In this document: positions 18,961 through 30,027 of the stretch, piece by piece | How positions within the stretch are numbered: position 1 is the first letter of the stretch | Layout of the letters: the number at the start of each line of letters is the position of its first letter | Origin: an uncultured Clostridia bacterium | GTDB lineage: Bacteria > Bacillota > Clostridia > TANB77 > SIG350 | Length of the DNA: 64,000 nt | Assembly (NCBI GenBank): GCA_944393615.1 | Contig: CALYAQ010000011.1 | Coordinates: 16,661-80,660 of the forward strand | Reading direction: 5' to 3' | The notes under the pieces: model-generated | Told to the model about the DNA's origin: nothing | Databases searched by the model: none | The model's input: only the letters and a program-made list of their open reading frames with translations | Made by a program: the position numbers and the translations under genes

Positions 18961-20079
18961 TCATTTTAAATTTTCTGGATTTAAGCATTCAAGTTCTGGC
19001 AATACAAACCTACCGTCTTTTCTAATCAAAATATCATCAAACCAAATTTCTCCTCCACCATATTCTGGTGTTTGAATACAAATCAAATCCCAATGCTCAA
19101 TAGAAATATTACCATTTGACGCCTTATTATAGCAACATCCTGGAGTTAAATGGAAACTTCCACAAATCTTTTCATCAAACAAAGTGTCTACCATTGGTTT
19201 AGTAATGTATGGATGTAATCCGATTGCAAATTCTCCAAAATATCTTGCCCCTTCATCGATATCAAGGAACTTATTTATTTTTTCATTATCATTTGCAGTC
19301 GCTTCAATAATTCTTCCTTCTTTAACACTTAACTTTATATTTTCAATTATACAGCCATTATGTTTGGAAGGTACATTATATGAAATTACTCCATTTACAG
19401 AATTTTTTACCGGTGCTGTATATACCTCACCATCAGGAATATTTCTTCTTCCACAAGCTTTAACAACTGGAATATCTTTTATTGAAAAAGATATATCCGT
19501 TTGTGGTCCTACAATTCTTACCTTATCAGTTCTAGACATTAATTCTACTAAATTATCCATTTTCCTTGACATTTTTTCATAATCAAAACAACAAACATTG
19601 AAATAAAAGTCTTCAAATTCTTCTAAACTACTATTGTTTTTTTGTGCCAATGAATTATTTGGATAAACAAGTATGCACCATTTAGTATTATTTACTCTTT
19701 CCTTCATATGTACTGGATCTATATAATACTTTTGGTATAAATTCATTTGTGTTGAATTAACATTTGATAATTCTGACAAGTTGGAATATGATGCGATAGC
19801 AATGTATGCATCCATATCTTTCATTTGATTTACAGAATATTGTGCAAGCTGTTCAAACTGTTCTTGGTTTGAATTTTCAATAGCCAATCTTAAAAGTTCA
19901 TGGTTTACAATATTTACAAATGGTTTTGCACCTAGTTTATATGCTTTTTTTACCAATTCTTTTACAAGTGGTTGGCTATCTTCTCCTCTTTGCTCAATCA
20001 AAATGCTTTCTCCTTCTTTCAATTCGCAAGAATAGGTTAATAAATTTTCTGCTAATTTTTCTAATCTTAAATCTTTCAT
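18961..20079 (-). CDS. M29 family aminopeptidase (AmpS/PepS/aminopeptidase T-like)
   Basis: 372 aa. The N-terminal 'MKDLRLEKLAENLLTYSCELKEGE' and overall length are typical of M29 thermophilic-type aminopeptidases. Confidence 0.75.
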   Translation of the reverse strand: MKDLRLEKLAENLLTYSCELKEGESILIEQRGEDSQPLVKELVKKAYKLGAKPFVNIVNHELLRLAIENSNQEQFEQLAQYSVNQMKDMDAYIAIASYSNLSELSNVNSTQMNLYQKYYIDPVHMKERVNNTKWCILVYPNNSLAQKNNSSLEEFEDFYFNVCCFDYEKMSRKMDNLVELMSRTDKVRIVGPQTDISFSIKDIPVVKACGRRNIPDGEVYTAPVKNSVNGVISYNVPSKHNGCIIENIKLSVKEGRIIEATANDNEKINKFLDIDEGARYFGEFAIGLHPYITKPMVDTLFDEKICGSFHLTPGCCYNKASNGNISIEHWDLICIQTPEYGGGEIWFDDILIRKDGRFVLPELECLNPENLK

Positions 20080-20177
20080 GATTTGACCTCATAAATTATA
20101 TTTTTCTCATATATTATATACCAAATTATCATCGCTGTCAATTATGTATACAAAAATATAAAAGAGCTTTCTCTCCT

Positions 20178-23100
20178 TTATACTTTCATTGATATTAATT
20201 TAGTGACACCTTGTTCTTGCATTGTTACACCATATAGGGTTTCTGCTACTTCCATAGTACCTTTTCTATGAGTAATTATCAAAAATTGCGTATTTGCTGT
20301 ATATTCTTTTACATATTGTGCAAATCTGAATACATTTATATCATCTAGAGCCGCTTCTATCTCGTCTAATATACAAAACGGTGATGGATTTGTTCTTAAT
20401 ATTCCAAATAGCAAAGCTATGGCTGTTAGTGCTTTTTCTCCACCAGATAATAGCATCATATTTTGTAATTTCTTTCCTGGTGGTTGAGATTCAATTTCTA
20501 CTCCGCAATTTAATATGTCTTCTTCATCTGTTAATTTAAGTTCTGCATGTCCTCCTCCAAACAATTTTTCAAAAACCTCACCAAAAGATTCGTTTATAAG
20601 TTTGAATTTTGTTCTAAATTGTTCTTTCATAATAACTGTAATTTCTTGTATTAATTTTTTCAATTTACTTTCTGTTGCTTCCAAATCATCTCTTTGTTCA
20701 GATAAAAAATCAAACCTTTCTTTACTTTCTTTGTATTCTTCTATAGCTTCAATATTTATATTTCCTAGTTCTTTTATATTCTTCTTTAATACATTAATTT
20801 CTTTTTGTACTTTTGCAGGCTCTAGAACTTCAATTTCTTGTTTTATAAGTTGTTCCAATGGTATTTCATATTCCTCTACCATTTTAGTTTTTAATTCTTC
20901 GATTTCGTCTTCAACTCTTATTTTTTTAGCTTCTATTTTTGATAAATCTGTTTTTAATAATGCTATTTCATTTAAAGTTTCTTCTATTTGTTTATCTAAA
21001 TTATCTAACAACTTGTTTTTTTCTTCTTTTTCTAATTTTACTTGTTCTACTGTTTGTCCAATATTCTCCTTTTTTGCAATAGTTTCTTGTATTTGTTTTT
21101 TACATTCTTCATTTCTAATTGAAAATTCTTCATTTTCTTTTGTTATCTTTATTTTTTGTTCTTCTTTTTTAGAAATATTTGCATTCGCTTTTTGTATTTC
21201 TGTATCAATCATTGTTATCATATCTTCGTATGATACGTTACTCTCATCAAAAGAAGATATAGATATTTTTAAATCTGTTATTTCGTCTTTTAAATTGTCG
21301 ATAGCGATTTGTTCTTCTTTAAATCTTTCCGAATATTCTTGAATTTCTTTTTGTAAAATATTCTTTTGTTCTTCGATTTTTAATATTTCGTTTTCGTTTT
21401 GGTTTATTTTTTCTTCTCTTTGTTTTTCATTTTCAATTATTTCTTCTTTTTCATTTCTTATTTTTTCTATTCTATTAGAAATATTATCAATTTCACTATT
21501 TATCATTTCAACTTTTTGTTTGCTAGTCGCCACTTCTATATTAATATTATTCGACTTTTCATTTAATTCAATATAGTTAATTGAGCCTGTATCAATATTA
21601 TTTTCGAAATCTTCTTTTTTATTTTCTTCTTCCTTTATACTGTCTTCTAATTTTTTTATTTCCTTTTCTAATTGTTCAATTTCCTTATTTCTTCCTAGTA
21701 TACTTGAGGTTTTTTTCTCAACACTACCACCTGTCATCTGTCCACTTGTAGAAATTATATCTCCGTCTAATGTTACTATTTTAAAATATGTATTAAATTT
21801 TTTGCTAATATTTATTCCACTATCTATGCTATCTACAATTATAGTTTTTCCAAGTAAACTAACAATTATTTCTTCATATTTTTTATTATATTTAACCAAA
21901 TTACTAGCAATTCCTATAAAACCTTTTTCTTTTGATATTTTTTCTATATCACTCGATTTTGTATTTTTTACAGATGATAAAGGTAAAAAAGATGCTCTTC
22001 CAAATCTATTCTCTTTTAAATAATTTATACATTTCTTTGCACTTTCTTGGTCTAGCGTAACAATATTTTGTAAATATCCACCCAAAGCCATTTCTATTGC
22101 AACCTCGTATTCTTTCGGCGTAGAAATTATATCTGCTACACTACCTTCTACACCTGTTGCAAACTCCTTATTCTTTTGAGTATTAAGAAGAATTTCTTTT
22201 ACTGCTTTTGCATATCCTTCTCTTTCTCTTTGTATTTCACACAAAAAAGTATATCTAGATTTTTTCGTTCTATATTCATGTGTAAACTTTTCTATATTAT
22301 ATTCAAATTCTTGTATTTTATTGTTTATCTGCTCTTGCTTTACTTTTATATTTTCCAATTGTTTATCTATTTCACTTTTTGTTTTCAATTTTTCATTTAA
22401 TATATTTTCTAGCTCTTCTTTTTCTAATTTTTTAGAATCTTTTTCACTTATTTTTTCTCTTTCTTCTTTTTCTAATTTTAAATAATATATTTTTTGATTT
22501 TCATTGTCATTTTTAAAATTATTTATTTCCATTTTAAAATTAATTTCTTTTTCATGTTCTTTTTCTATAATTTCTTTTTTAGCCTCTACTTCTTCACCTT
22601 TTTTACTTAATTTACTATATAATTCGTCGTATTGAATTTGCTTTTCATTTAATTCATTTTCAAATCTTTTTTTGTTGGCATTTAATAATTCTATTTTATC
22701 TCTTCTATTTTTCTTTTCTTCTTCATTTGTAGTTATCATTGTTTTTAATTCTGTTATTTCTTTTTCCAATACTTCGAAATTCGCAATATTATTTTCTTTT
22801 TGCATTTGTAACATTGCAATTTCCGAATTTAATTTTTCAACATTATTCTCGCTTTCAAATATAAATTGTTGTATTTCTTCTTGTTTAGCAAATATAGCTT
22901 CGACACTTTCTTTTGTTTCGATTTTTAATTCTTGTGCTTTTTGTAATTGTTCTTGTTTTTCATTTATTTGTTCATTTGATATTTTCAATTTTTCTTCTAT
23001 TTCTTCTAGTGATTTATTATTTTTTTGCATATTAAAATTAAACAAACTAATTTCTTTTGTTTTTAATTCATCTCTGTAATTCAAATATTGTTTTGCTTTT

Positions 23101-23729
23101 TCTGATTGAATACAAAGTGTCTCTAATCTTCCGTCAATTTCTTTTATTATATCTGTGACTCTTGTTAGGTTATTGCGTGTGTATTCTAATTTTTTCTCCG
23201 CCTCATTTTTTCTATATCTATATTTTAGTATTCCAGCCGCTTCTTCAAACATATATCTTCTGTCTTCTGATTTAGAATTAAGTATTTCCTCTACTTTTCC
23301 TTGTCCTATTATACTATATCCTTCTTTACCTACACCAGTGTTTAAAAATAATTGTTGTATATCTTTTAATCTACAAGCTGTTTTATTTATTAAATATTCA
23401 CTTTCTCCACTACGATATAGTCTACGAGTTATAACTACTTCTTCATATTCTATTGGTAATGTTCCCTTACTATTATCAACATGCAAGCTAACCTCTGCGA
23501 AACCTACGGGTTTCCTTGATTGAGTTCCTGCAAAAATTATATCTTCTGATTTGTGTCCGCGAAGACTTTTCATGCTTTGCTCACCTAAAACCCACCTAAT
23601 ACTATCTACAACATTACTCTTTCCACTACCATTTGGACCTATAACTGTTGTTATTCCTGAAGGTAATTCTATTACTGTTTTATCTGCAAAAGACTTAAAT
23701 CCTTGTATTTCTATTTTTTTTAAAAACAT
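20178..23729 (-). CDS. smc: Chromosome segregation protein SMC
   Basis: 1183 aa. N-terminal Walker A 'GPNGSGKSN', long coiled coils, a hinge, and C-terminal 'LSGGEKALTAIALLF' with a Walker B 'CILDEIEAALD'. Confidence 0.95.
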   Translation of the reverse strand: MFLKKIEIQGFKSFADKTVIELPSGITTVIGPNGSGKSNVVDSIRWVLGEQSMKSLRGHKSEDIIFAGTQSRKPVGFAEVSLHVDNSKGTLPIEYEEVVITRRLYRSGESEYLINKTACRLKDIQQLFLNTGVGKEGYSIIGQGKVEEILNSKSEDRRYMFEEAAGILKYRYRKNEAEKKLEYTRNNLTRVTDIIKEIDGRLETLCIQSEKAKQYLNYRDELKTKEISLFNFNMQKNNKSLEEIEEKLKISNEQINEKQEQLQKAQELKIETKESVEAIFAKQEEIQQFIFESENNVEKLNSEIAMLQMQKENNIANFEVLEKEITELKTMITTNEEEKKNRRDKIELLNANKKRFENELNEKQIQYDELYSKLSKKGEEVEAKKEIIEKEHEKEINFKMEINNFKNDNENQKIYYLKLEKEEREKISEKDSKKLEKEELENILNEKLKTKSEIDKQLENIKVKQEQINNKIQEFEYNIEKFTHEYRTKKSRYTFLCEIQREREGYAKAVKEILLNTQKNKEFATGVEGSVADIISTPKEYEVAIEMALGGYLQNIVTLDQESAKKCINYLKENRFGRASFLPLSSVKNTKSSDIEKISKEKGFIGIASNLVKYNKKYEEIIVSLLGKTIIVDSIDSGINISKKFNTYFKIVTLDGDIISTSGQMTGGSVEKKTSSILGRNKEIEQLEKEIKKLEDSIKEEENKKEDFENNIDTGSINYIELNEKSNNINIEVATSKQKVEMINSEIDNISNRIEKIRNEKEEIIENEKQREEKINQNENEILKIEEQKNILQKEIQEYSERFKEEQIAIDNLKDEITDLKISISSFDESNVSYEDMITMIDTEIQKANANISKKEEQKIKITKENEEFSIRNEECKKQIQETIAKKENIGQTVEQVKLEKEEKNKLLDNLDKQIEETLNEIALLKTDLSKIEAKKIRVEDEIEELKTKMVEEYEIPLEQLIKQEIEVLEPAKVQKEINVLKKNIKELGNINIEAIEEYKESKERFDFLSEQRDDLEATESKLKKLIQEITVIMKEQFRTKFKLINESFGEVFEKLFGGGHAELKLTDEEDILNCGVEIESQPPGKKLQNMMLLSGGEKALTAIALLFGILRTNPSPFCILDEIEAALDDINVFRFAQYVKEYTANTQFLIITHRKGTMEVAETLYGVTMQEQGVTKLISMKV

Positions 23730-24360
23730 ATTTTTTCTCTCCTATCAATACTATATATTATTAATATATACTAAAAAGCGCTTAAAATCAATATTTTATA
23801 TAGAAAAAATTATATAAAAGATGCTACATATAACGGAATTGATTTTATATTATTATTAAACTCCAAATTTTTTGTAGATATTTTTATTGAGTAAATTGGT
23901 TTATACTTTTCGAAGTAGCATTATCTAATGCTTTAACTTCAATAGGTATTATATCTCCATCTATGTTTATAACAAAATCAGCTTCATATAGCAAATTTAT
24001 CAACAATAGAATACCTAAAATTCTTTATTTCTCTTCCTAATTGCCCTAGAATAGAGTTATATATTTTTATAGTTTCAGTGTTTTTGTGATTTTTTCACGT
24101 TTGTTCCAATCAAAAAACAGTTATATCTTAATTTATAACTGTTACTATTTGTATAAAACACTTGTATGTATTTGTGTTAGTTTATTTTCTTCTTTATTCT
24201 TTATTCTTTTTCTCTGTTTTTACGTTGCTATTTATATATATTTTTTTGTTTTTCTTTGTTTTTTTCTTTTTATATTACATTTTTATTTATTCCATATCTG
24301 TTTTTTGATATATTTATTATATACTACATTTGACTATTTGTCAATAGTTTTTTTTAAAAT

Positions 24361-24906
24361 TTATACATTATTTAATTCTTCATTTGTAATTTCTACACCC
24401 ATTTCATTTATATATACCTTTTTATTTTCATCAAACGTAAATATTCCTTGGAAACCACAAAAAGTTTTATATACACCATTTTCAATTATTAAGAAAATTA
24501 AATATTGTTTATTATTTTCTAAATCTATATTTTCTTTTGCTGTTGCCTCGTAAACAATTTCATTTTTCTCATTAATTACTGGTTTTGATGTCATATATCC
24601 ATCATCTTGCATTACAATTTGTTGTTCTTTTTGTAAATTTCCTTTATACACATTATTTATATTTAATACATATTCTTTTACTGGTACGCTCTTTTGTGCT
24701 ATTTCTATATTTTTTTCCGTTGCTTCAAGACTTGTAATTTCTGCAATTATAGGTGCTTGAGTTAAAAATTTTTCTTTTGATACCAACTCATAAAAAGCAC
24801 TATTAGTTTCAATCACATCATTATTTTGAATATATATTCCTATTATTACCGCTCCTATAATTAAAATACCACTTACAATTATACTATTTCTTTTTAATCT
24901 ACTCAT
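24361..24906 (-). CDS. Membrane-anchored hypothetical protein (181 aa)
   Basis: N-terminal TM helix. No family recognised. Confidence 0.45.
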   Translation of the reverse strand: MSRLKRNSIIVSGILIIGAVIIGIYIQNNDVIETNSAFYELVSKEKFLTQAPIIAEITSLEATEKNIEIAQKSVPVKEYVLNINNVYKGNLQKEQQIVMQDDGYMTSKPVINEKNEIVYEATAKENIDLENNKQYLIFLIIENGVYKTFCGFQGIFTFDENKKVYINEMGVEITNEELNNV

Positions 24907-24961
24907 AAAATCTCCTTATAGCAAAAAAGATATGAGAATACTCATACCTTTTTTTATATAA

Positions 24962-25201
24962 TTAACTGTTGTGCGAAATGTATTCCACCACATCATTAAC
25001 AGTTGTTACCTTTTCAGCCTCAGCATCAGGTATTTCAATATCAAATTCTTCCTCTAATGCCATTATTAACTCAACAATATCAAGAGAATCAGCACCTAAA
25101 TCATCTATAAATGAAGCTTCGCTTTTAACAATATCTTCTTCAACTCCTAATTGTTCTACTATTATTTCCTTTACTTTATCAAAAATTGCATCTGAACCCA
25201 T
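24962..25201 (-). CDS. acpP: Acyl carrier protein (start moved to ATG at 25201 with a GGAGG RBS)
   Basis: '[20 protein letters not shown]' phosphopantetheine attachment motif. The ORF-track TTG start (MRGGEL) is unlikely. Confidence 0.9.
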   Translation of the reverse strand: MGSDAIFDKVKEIIVEQLGVEEDIVKSEASFIDDLGADSLDIVELIMALEEEFDIEIPDAEAEKVTTVNDVVEYISHNS

Positions 25202-25293
25202 AAGTTCACCTCCTCTCAATTTTTTATTCTTTATATAATTACATTATTATATGTTGAATAAAATGTCAATACATTTTGTATTTTTTTAGCAAT

Positions 25294-26301
25294 TTATTTT
25301 TCTAATTCTTTTTTTATTTTTTCTATTGCATTGCTTTTTGCATATTTCTCAGCTTGAATAATTGTTGTTTTAAACAATTTTTCTTTTGCTCCACCATGAC
25401 ATTTTACCAATGGTTTTTCTATTCCTAATAGAATTCCTCCACCATATTCTGTGTAATCAAGTCTTTTTTTGAATCTTTTTAATGGTTTTGTTAGCATAAG
25501 TGCTATTAATTTAGTCCATACATTTTTCATTAATTCTTCTTTTAAAATTTTAGTAACAGTAGCACCTAAACCTTCTGAGGTTTTTATCGCTACATTACCA
25601 CTAAACCCGTCAGAAACTATAACATCAACATTGCCATCAAAAATATATCTTCCCTCAATATTACCTACAAAATTTATTTCTTTATCTTCTTTTAAAAGCT
25701 TATAGCTTTCTTTTATTAATTCAGTTCCTTTTTCTTCTTCTGCACCTATATTTAAAAGTGCAACTTTTGGTTTTTCTATTCCCATTACTTTTTCCATATA
25801 TATACTACCCATATGCGCAAATTGTGTAAAATTTATAGGTCTACAATTTGCATTTGCCCCTGCATCAACAATCATAAAGCTACCTTTATATGCTGGCATA
25901 ATAGCTGTTAGAGCTGGTCTATCAATTCCATCTATTCTTCCAACTAATAATGTGCCACCAGCCATAAACGCACCTGTATTTCCTGAAGATACAAAAACAT
26001 CAACCTCATCATTTTGTACAAGTTCAAAACCTTTTACCATAGAAGCATCTTTTTTAGTTTTTATTGCTTTAAGTGGTTTGTCTGTATTTTCTACAACCTC
26101 CGTTGCATTTATAACTGATAATCTGCTTGAAACATCTGATAGTTTTTCTTTTCCATAAAATTCTTTTACTTTTTCATTTATTAATTTTTCATTACCAATT
26201 AGAATAATTTCACTTTCTATTTCTTCTAAAGCACTGACAGCACCTTTTATTGCCTCATCAGGGCAATGGTCGCCTCCCATTGCATCTAATAATATTTTCA
26301 T
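25294..26301 (-). CDS. plsX: Phosphate acyltransferase PlsX
   Basis: 335 aa. 'MKILLDAMGGDHCPDEAIKG' and 'IVSDGFSGNVAIKTSEG' are present. Confidence 0.9.
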   Translation of the reverse strand: MKILLDAMGGDHCPDEAIKGAVSALEEIESEIILIGNEKLINEKVKEFYGKEKLSDVSSRLSVINATEVVENTDKPLKAIKTKKDASMVKGFELVQNDEVDVFVSSGNTGAFMAGGTLLVGRIDGIDRPALTAIMPAYKGSFMIVDAGANANCRPINFTQFAHMGSIYMEKVMGIEKPKVALLNIGAEEEKGTELIKESYKLLKEDKEINFVGNIEGRYIFDGNVDVIVSDGFSGNVAIKTSEGLGATVTKILKEELMKNVWTKLIALMLTKPLKRFKKRLDYTEYGGGILLGIEKPLVKCHGGAKEKLFKTTIIQAEKYAKSNAIEKIKKELEK

Positions 26302-26382
26302 TTTTCTTCCACCTCTTTAATGATATATATATTTAACATGGTAAAGTATATTACATTTTTTTCGTATTTACAATACTAATTT

Positions 26383-27120
26383 TTAATTTCTATTTTTTAT
26401 ATCGTTTATAACGTCTCTAAGACGTCTATTTAGTTTTAAGTACGTTAATTTTGGATAGATTTTAAGCAATCTTTTTGACCTTTTTAATATTTTTTCTGTT
26501 AGTTCTGATATATCTTCTTTTAGTTCTGCTGGTTCTTTAAATTTGCCTGTATCAGTTTTGTATACAAAATTTCTTATTCTTTCTTGTAAATTTAAAACTC
26601 CAACCAATGTTATTATATAATCTATAATAAAATATATGAAAAAAATCACTATTCCTAACTGACCTATTTCATACGGAATTTTTGATACTACTCCAACTAT
26701 TGCGGGATGCAAAACTTTTAATAAAAAAACACTTAAAAATCCCCAATAAATAGAATTTTCTAAACACACCTTTCCCTTTATATTCATGAAATTGTCAGAA
26801 TAATCCCACCAACTAGTATTAAACATTTTTTCCATAACAGTTCCAACAATATACTCCATTAATGTCATAAGTATAAAACCTAGTATAAACAATAAGAATA
26901 TGTTGTTAATAAAAGGTGATAAAAATGTTATTACCAAAACTGCACCAACACCATATATTGGAATAAAAGGACCATGCAAAAAACCACTATTTATCACTTT
27001 TTTAAACAGAAGCGACTTAAATGTTGATTCAACAATCCACCCCATAAACGAATATATTATAAAGTAATATATCATATTATATATATTTATATCTTTTATT
27101 ATTTCCATAAATTCCTCCAA
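26383..27120 (-). CDS. Integral membrane protein, paralog of 13159..13722 (DUF1113/'ABC-transporter type IV'-like)
   Basis: 'MGWIVESTFKSL' and 'GPFIPIYGVGAVLVITFL' motifs shared with the other copy. Confidence 0.55.
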   Translation of the reverse strand: MEEFMEIIKDINIYNMIYYFIIYSFMGWIVESTFKSLLFKKVINSGFLHGPFIPIYGVGAVLVITFLSPFINNIFLLFILGFILMTLMEYIVGTVMEKMFNTSWWDYSDNFMNIKGKVCLENSIYWGFLSVFLLKVLHPAIVGVVSKIPYEIGQLGIVIFFIYFIIDYIITLVGVLNLQERIRNFVYKTDTGKFKEPAELKEDISELTEKILKRSKRLLKIYPKLTYLKLNRRLRDVINDIKNRN

Positions 27121-27212
27121 CCTTATATCAATAAGTTATATCATAAAACATTTAATATTGCAACAAGCATCAAAAAACTTGTATTTTTTTTAAATTCGTA
27201 GTAATATATTAT

Positions 27213-28967
27213 GTGGGAGTTGAGAAAATGGGTGGAAAAAAAATATATGATACAAGACATATAACCGATTTAAAGGATATGTTAAAACAAAGTGTAGAAC
27301 TTTATGGAACTAAAACAGCTTTTAAACTTAAACCAAATAAAGAGATAGAAGAATATATTGATATATCATATAATCAATTTGCAAACGATGTAAATAATTT
27401 AGGAACTGCTCTTTTAAATTTAGGATTAAAAGATGAAACCATTAATATTATTTCTGATAATAGGTATGAATGGGCTGTTAGTTATTTAGCTGTTGCGAAC
27501 GGAGTAGGAATTGTAGCACCTTTAGATAAGGCACTAACTGGTAATGAGATTAAATCTTTAGTGGAAAGATCTTTTTCTGAAGCTGTTATATTTAGTGAAC
27601 CATATTTAGAAACAATGTTGGAAATTATGGAAGAACCAAATTGCAAGGTTAAATATTTTATCTGTATGGATACAGTTGATAATCCTAAAACAATTAATTA
27701 TTCTGAATTAATAAAAACCGGTGAAGTTAGTATTAATAACGGTAATAAAGAATATATTGATGCAACTATAAACGCAGAAAAATTTAATATATTATTATTT
27801 ACGTCTGGTACTACTAGTCAATCAAAAGCTGTTATGTTATCGCATAAAAACATAGTGACTAATATTATTGATTGCAAAAAATATCTAAATGTAAATTCTA
27901 GTGATATCACATTATCGTTTTTACCATTGCATCATACTTTTGAATGTACAACAAATTTTCTACTAATGATATATAGTGGTGCAATGATAACTTATTGTGA
28001 CGGTATTAGACATATTGCAAAAAACATTAAAGAATATGGCGTATCTGCTATGATTTGTGTTCCCATTCTTTATGAAAATATGTATAAAAAATTAGTAAGT
28101 GCTATTAAAGAAAAAGGTAAATGGGATATAGTTCAAAAAGCAACTGTTTTATTTGGCGGATTAGAAGCTATAGGTATAAATACTTATGAACTTAAGCGTA
28201 AAGCTTTTAAAGATATTTATTCCAATTTAAGTCCTAATTTAAGACTATTTGTATCTGGAGCTGCACCAATTAGTAAAGATGTTGTAAAAGGCTTTAACGA
28301 TTTAGGTATTCAATTTTTTCAAGGATATGGTTTAACCGAAACCTCTCCTGTTATTGCTTGCGAAAACGAAAAAGTTCATAAACCTGGTTCTGTTGGTCAA
28401 CCTTTACCTGATTGTGAAGTAGAAATAAGAAATGTTGATAATTTAGGTATAGGAGAAATATGGGTTAATGCACCTTATGTAATGCTTGGATATTATCATA
28501 ATAGGGAAGAAACTGCCAACGTTATACAAGATGGATGGTTTAATACTGGTGATTTAGGATATCTTGATAAAAACGGACTTTTATACATACAAGGTAGAAA
28601 GAAAAATGTTATTGTTTTAAAAAATGGAAAAAATATTTTTCCAGAAGAATTAGAGGAATTATTAAATTCATCACCATATATAATTGAATCTATGGTATTT
28701 GGCAAACCTGACAAAAAAGGTGATATTGATATTTGTGCTAAAATTGTTTATGATAAATCTAATATAATTGAAAATTTCGGAAATATTGATGATAAAGAAA
28801 TTTATAAAATTATAAAAAGGGAAATTAAAAACGTACACAAAAATATTCCTGCATATAAATATATTAGAGATTTCATATTAACAGATGAAGAATTAATTAA
28901 AACAACAACAAAAAAAATAAAAAGGCATGAAGAATTAAAAAACATGGGAATAGACCCTACTAAATAA
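27213..28967 (+). CDS. Long-chain fatty acid--CoA ligase (AMP-binding enzyme)
   Basis: AMP-binding signature 'LFTSGTTSQSKAVMLSHKNI', 'GYGLTETS', and a C-terminal lysine region. Confidence 0.85.
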   Translation: MGVEKMGGKKIYDTRHITDLKDMLKQSVELYGTKTAFKLKPNKEIEEYIDISYNQFANDVNNLGTALLNLGLKDETINIISDNRYEWAVSYLAVANGVGIVAPLDKALTGNEIKSLVERSFSEAVIFSEPYLETMLEIMEEPNCKVKYFICMDTVDNPKTINYSELIKTGEVSINNGNKEYIDATINAEKFNILLFTSGTTSQSKAVMLSHKNIVTNIIDCKKYLNVNSSDITLSFLPLHHTFECTTNFLLMIYSGAMITYCDGIRHIAKNIKEYGVSAMICVPILYENMYKKLVSAIKEKGKWDIVQKATVLFGGLEAIGINTYELKRKAFKDIYSNLSPNLRLFVSGAAPISKDVVKGFNDLGIQFFQGYGLTETSPVIACENEKVHKPGSVGQPLPDCEVEIRNVDNLGIGEIWVNAPYVMLGYYHNREETANVIQDGWFNTGDLGYLDKNGLLYIQGRKKNVIVLKNGKNIFPEELEELLNSSPYIIESMVFGKPDKKGDIDICAKIVYDKSNIIENFGNIDDKEIYKIIKREIKNVHKNIPAYKYIRDFILTDEELIKTTTKKIKRHEELKNMGIDPTK

Positions 28968-28971
28968 AAAA

Positions 28972-29005
28972 ACAGCGAATACATTTGTGTATTCGTTTAT
29001 TTTTA
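28972..29005 (+). terminator. Rho-independent terminator after the CoA-ligase gene
   Basis: CGAATACATTTGTGTATTCG palindrome followed by TTTATTTTT. Confidence 0.55.
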
Positions 29006-29407
29006 CTTTATAATTAATTTTACTAACCCATTATATTCTGATATTTTTTCTATTTTAAAATTTCTTACAGTAGCCAATTTTTCTATTTTTTCCACTTCAC
29101 CTTCTAATATTTCTATTATAACAGCATTATTATCTAAAAATATTTGCATGTGAACAAATTGATCTGATATTGAACTAATCCATTTTAATTTATTACTCGA
29201 TTCAAAATATATTAATGTAAATACTATTGCCCAATATGCAACCAATCCTATACAGCATACCCAAATCAATTGCATATATGTTACTAAATTAGAAAACACT
29301 CTTGAAAAAAACACATATATTACGCATATTATAATTAACCAACAAAGGCACATTGCAATTTTATTTTCTCTTACAAATCTTACTAATCTATCCATATTTA
29401 CCCTCAC
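29003..29407 (-). CDS. Hypothetical membrane protein (134 aa)
   Basis: Two TM helices. No family recognised. Confidence 0.4.
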   Translation of the reverse strand: MRVNMDRLVRFVRENKIAMCLCWLIIICVIYVFFSRVFSNLVTYMQLIWVCCIGLVAYWAIVFTLIYFESSNKLKWISSISDQFVHMQIFLDNNAVIIEILEGEVEKIEKLATVRNFKIEKISEYNGLVKLIIK

Positions 29408-29443
29408 ATTCTTTATTTATTATATATTTATATTAATAAATTG

Positions 29444-30010
29444 TCAATCGTATTTTAGAAAATATTTATCGTATTTTTGCAAACTTGCAAACCCCAATAA
29501 ATATATTCCTATAAAAACTAATTGTATTGTTTGAAAATTAATATACATATAAATACAAATTATTACTAAAATAATACAAAATGTTTTTTGTATTATTTCT
29601 ATTATTTTTTTATTTTTAATTATTTCTAACAATATTTTTCCTCCGTCTAAAGGATATATTGGTAACATATTAAATATAAACAATGTTAAATTACACAGTA
29701 TAAAAAATATTTGTTCTTCTCCCCAAAAAGTATATGTAAAAATTGCTATTATTAAATTAATTATTGGACCACTAAATAATATTATTATCTTTTTTATTTT
29801 TTTTATTTGAAAATCATAGAATTGTAACGACAATCCACTAAAAGAAATAGTTGTACTTTTAATTTTTATCCCCATACCAACACCTACAATAGCATGTGTT
29901 ATTTCATGTATACAAATTGCTAAAAAAAATATTAAATAGTATTGGAGTAAATTACAAAAAAATAATATGAGAAGATATACAATAAATGAATAATGTATTT
30001 TTAAACTCAT
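29444..30010 (-). CDS. Minimal site-2 (M50) intramembrane metalloprotease, SpoIVFB-like, lacking a CBS domain
   Basis: 'CIHEITHAIVG' (HExxH within a TM helix) and 'NMLPIYPLDGGKIL' (the LDG zinc-ligand motif). Confidence 0.7.
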   Translation of the reverse strand: MSLKIHYSFIVYLLILFFCNLLQYYLIFFLAICIHEITHAIVGVGMGIKIKSTTISFSGLSLQFYDFQIKKIKKIIILFSGPIINLIIAIFTYTFWGEEQIFFILCNLTLFIFNMLPIYPLDGGKILLEIIKNKKIIEIIQKTFCIILVIICIYMYINFQTIQLVFIGIYLLGFASLQKYDKYFLKYD

Positions 30011-30027
30011 ATTATCACCGACCTTAC

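Noticed and set aside
20515-23523. Several long plus-strand ORFs (275, 135 and 122 aa) inside smc.
   Set aside because: They are antisense to the K/E-rich SMC coiled-coil, which yields S/F/L-rich low-complexity frames. There are no RBSs.
24086-24553. A 155-aa ORF in the smc-upstream intergenic region.
   Set aside because: It has low-complexity F/L/Y/C-rich composition in a T-rich non-coding stretch. There is no RBS. It overlaps the 5' end of the minus-strand 24361..24906 gene.
25202-25219. Extended acpP start (MRGGEL, TTG).
   Set aside because: The internal ATG at 25201 has a proper GGAGG RBS, and ACPs begin near this position. The extension overlaps the RBS.
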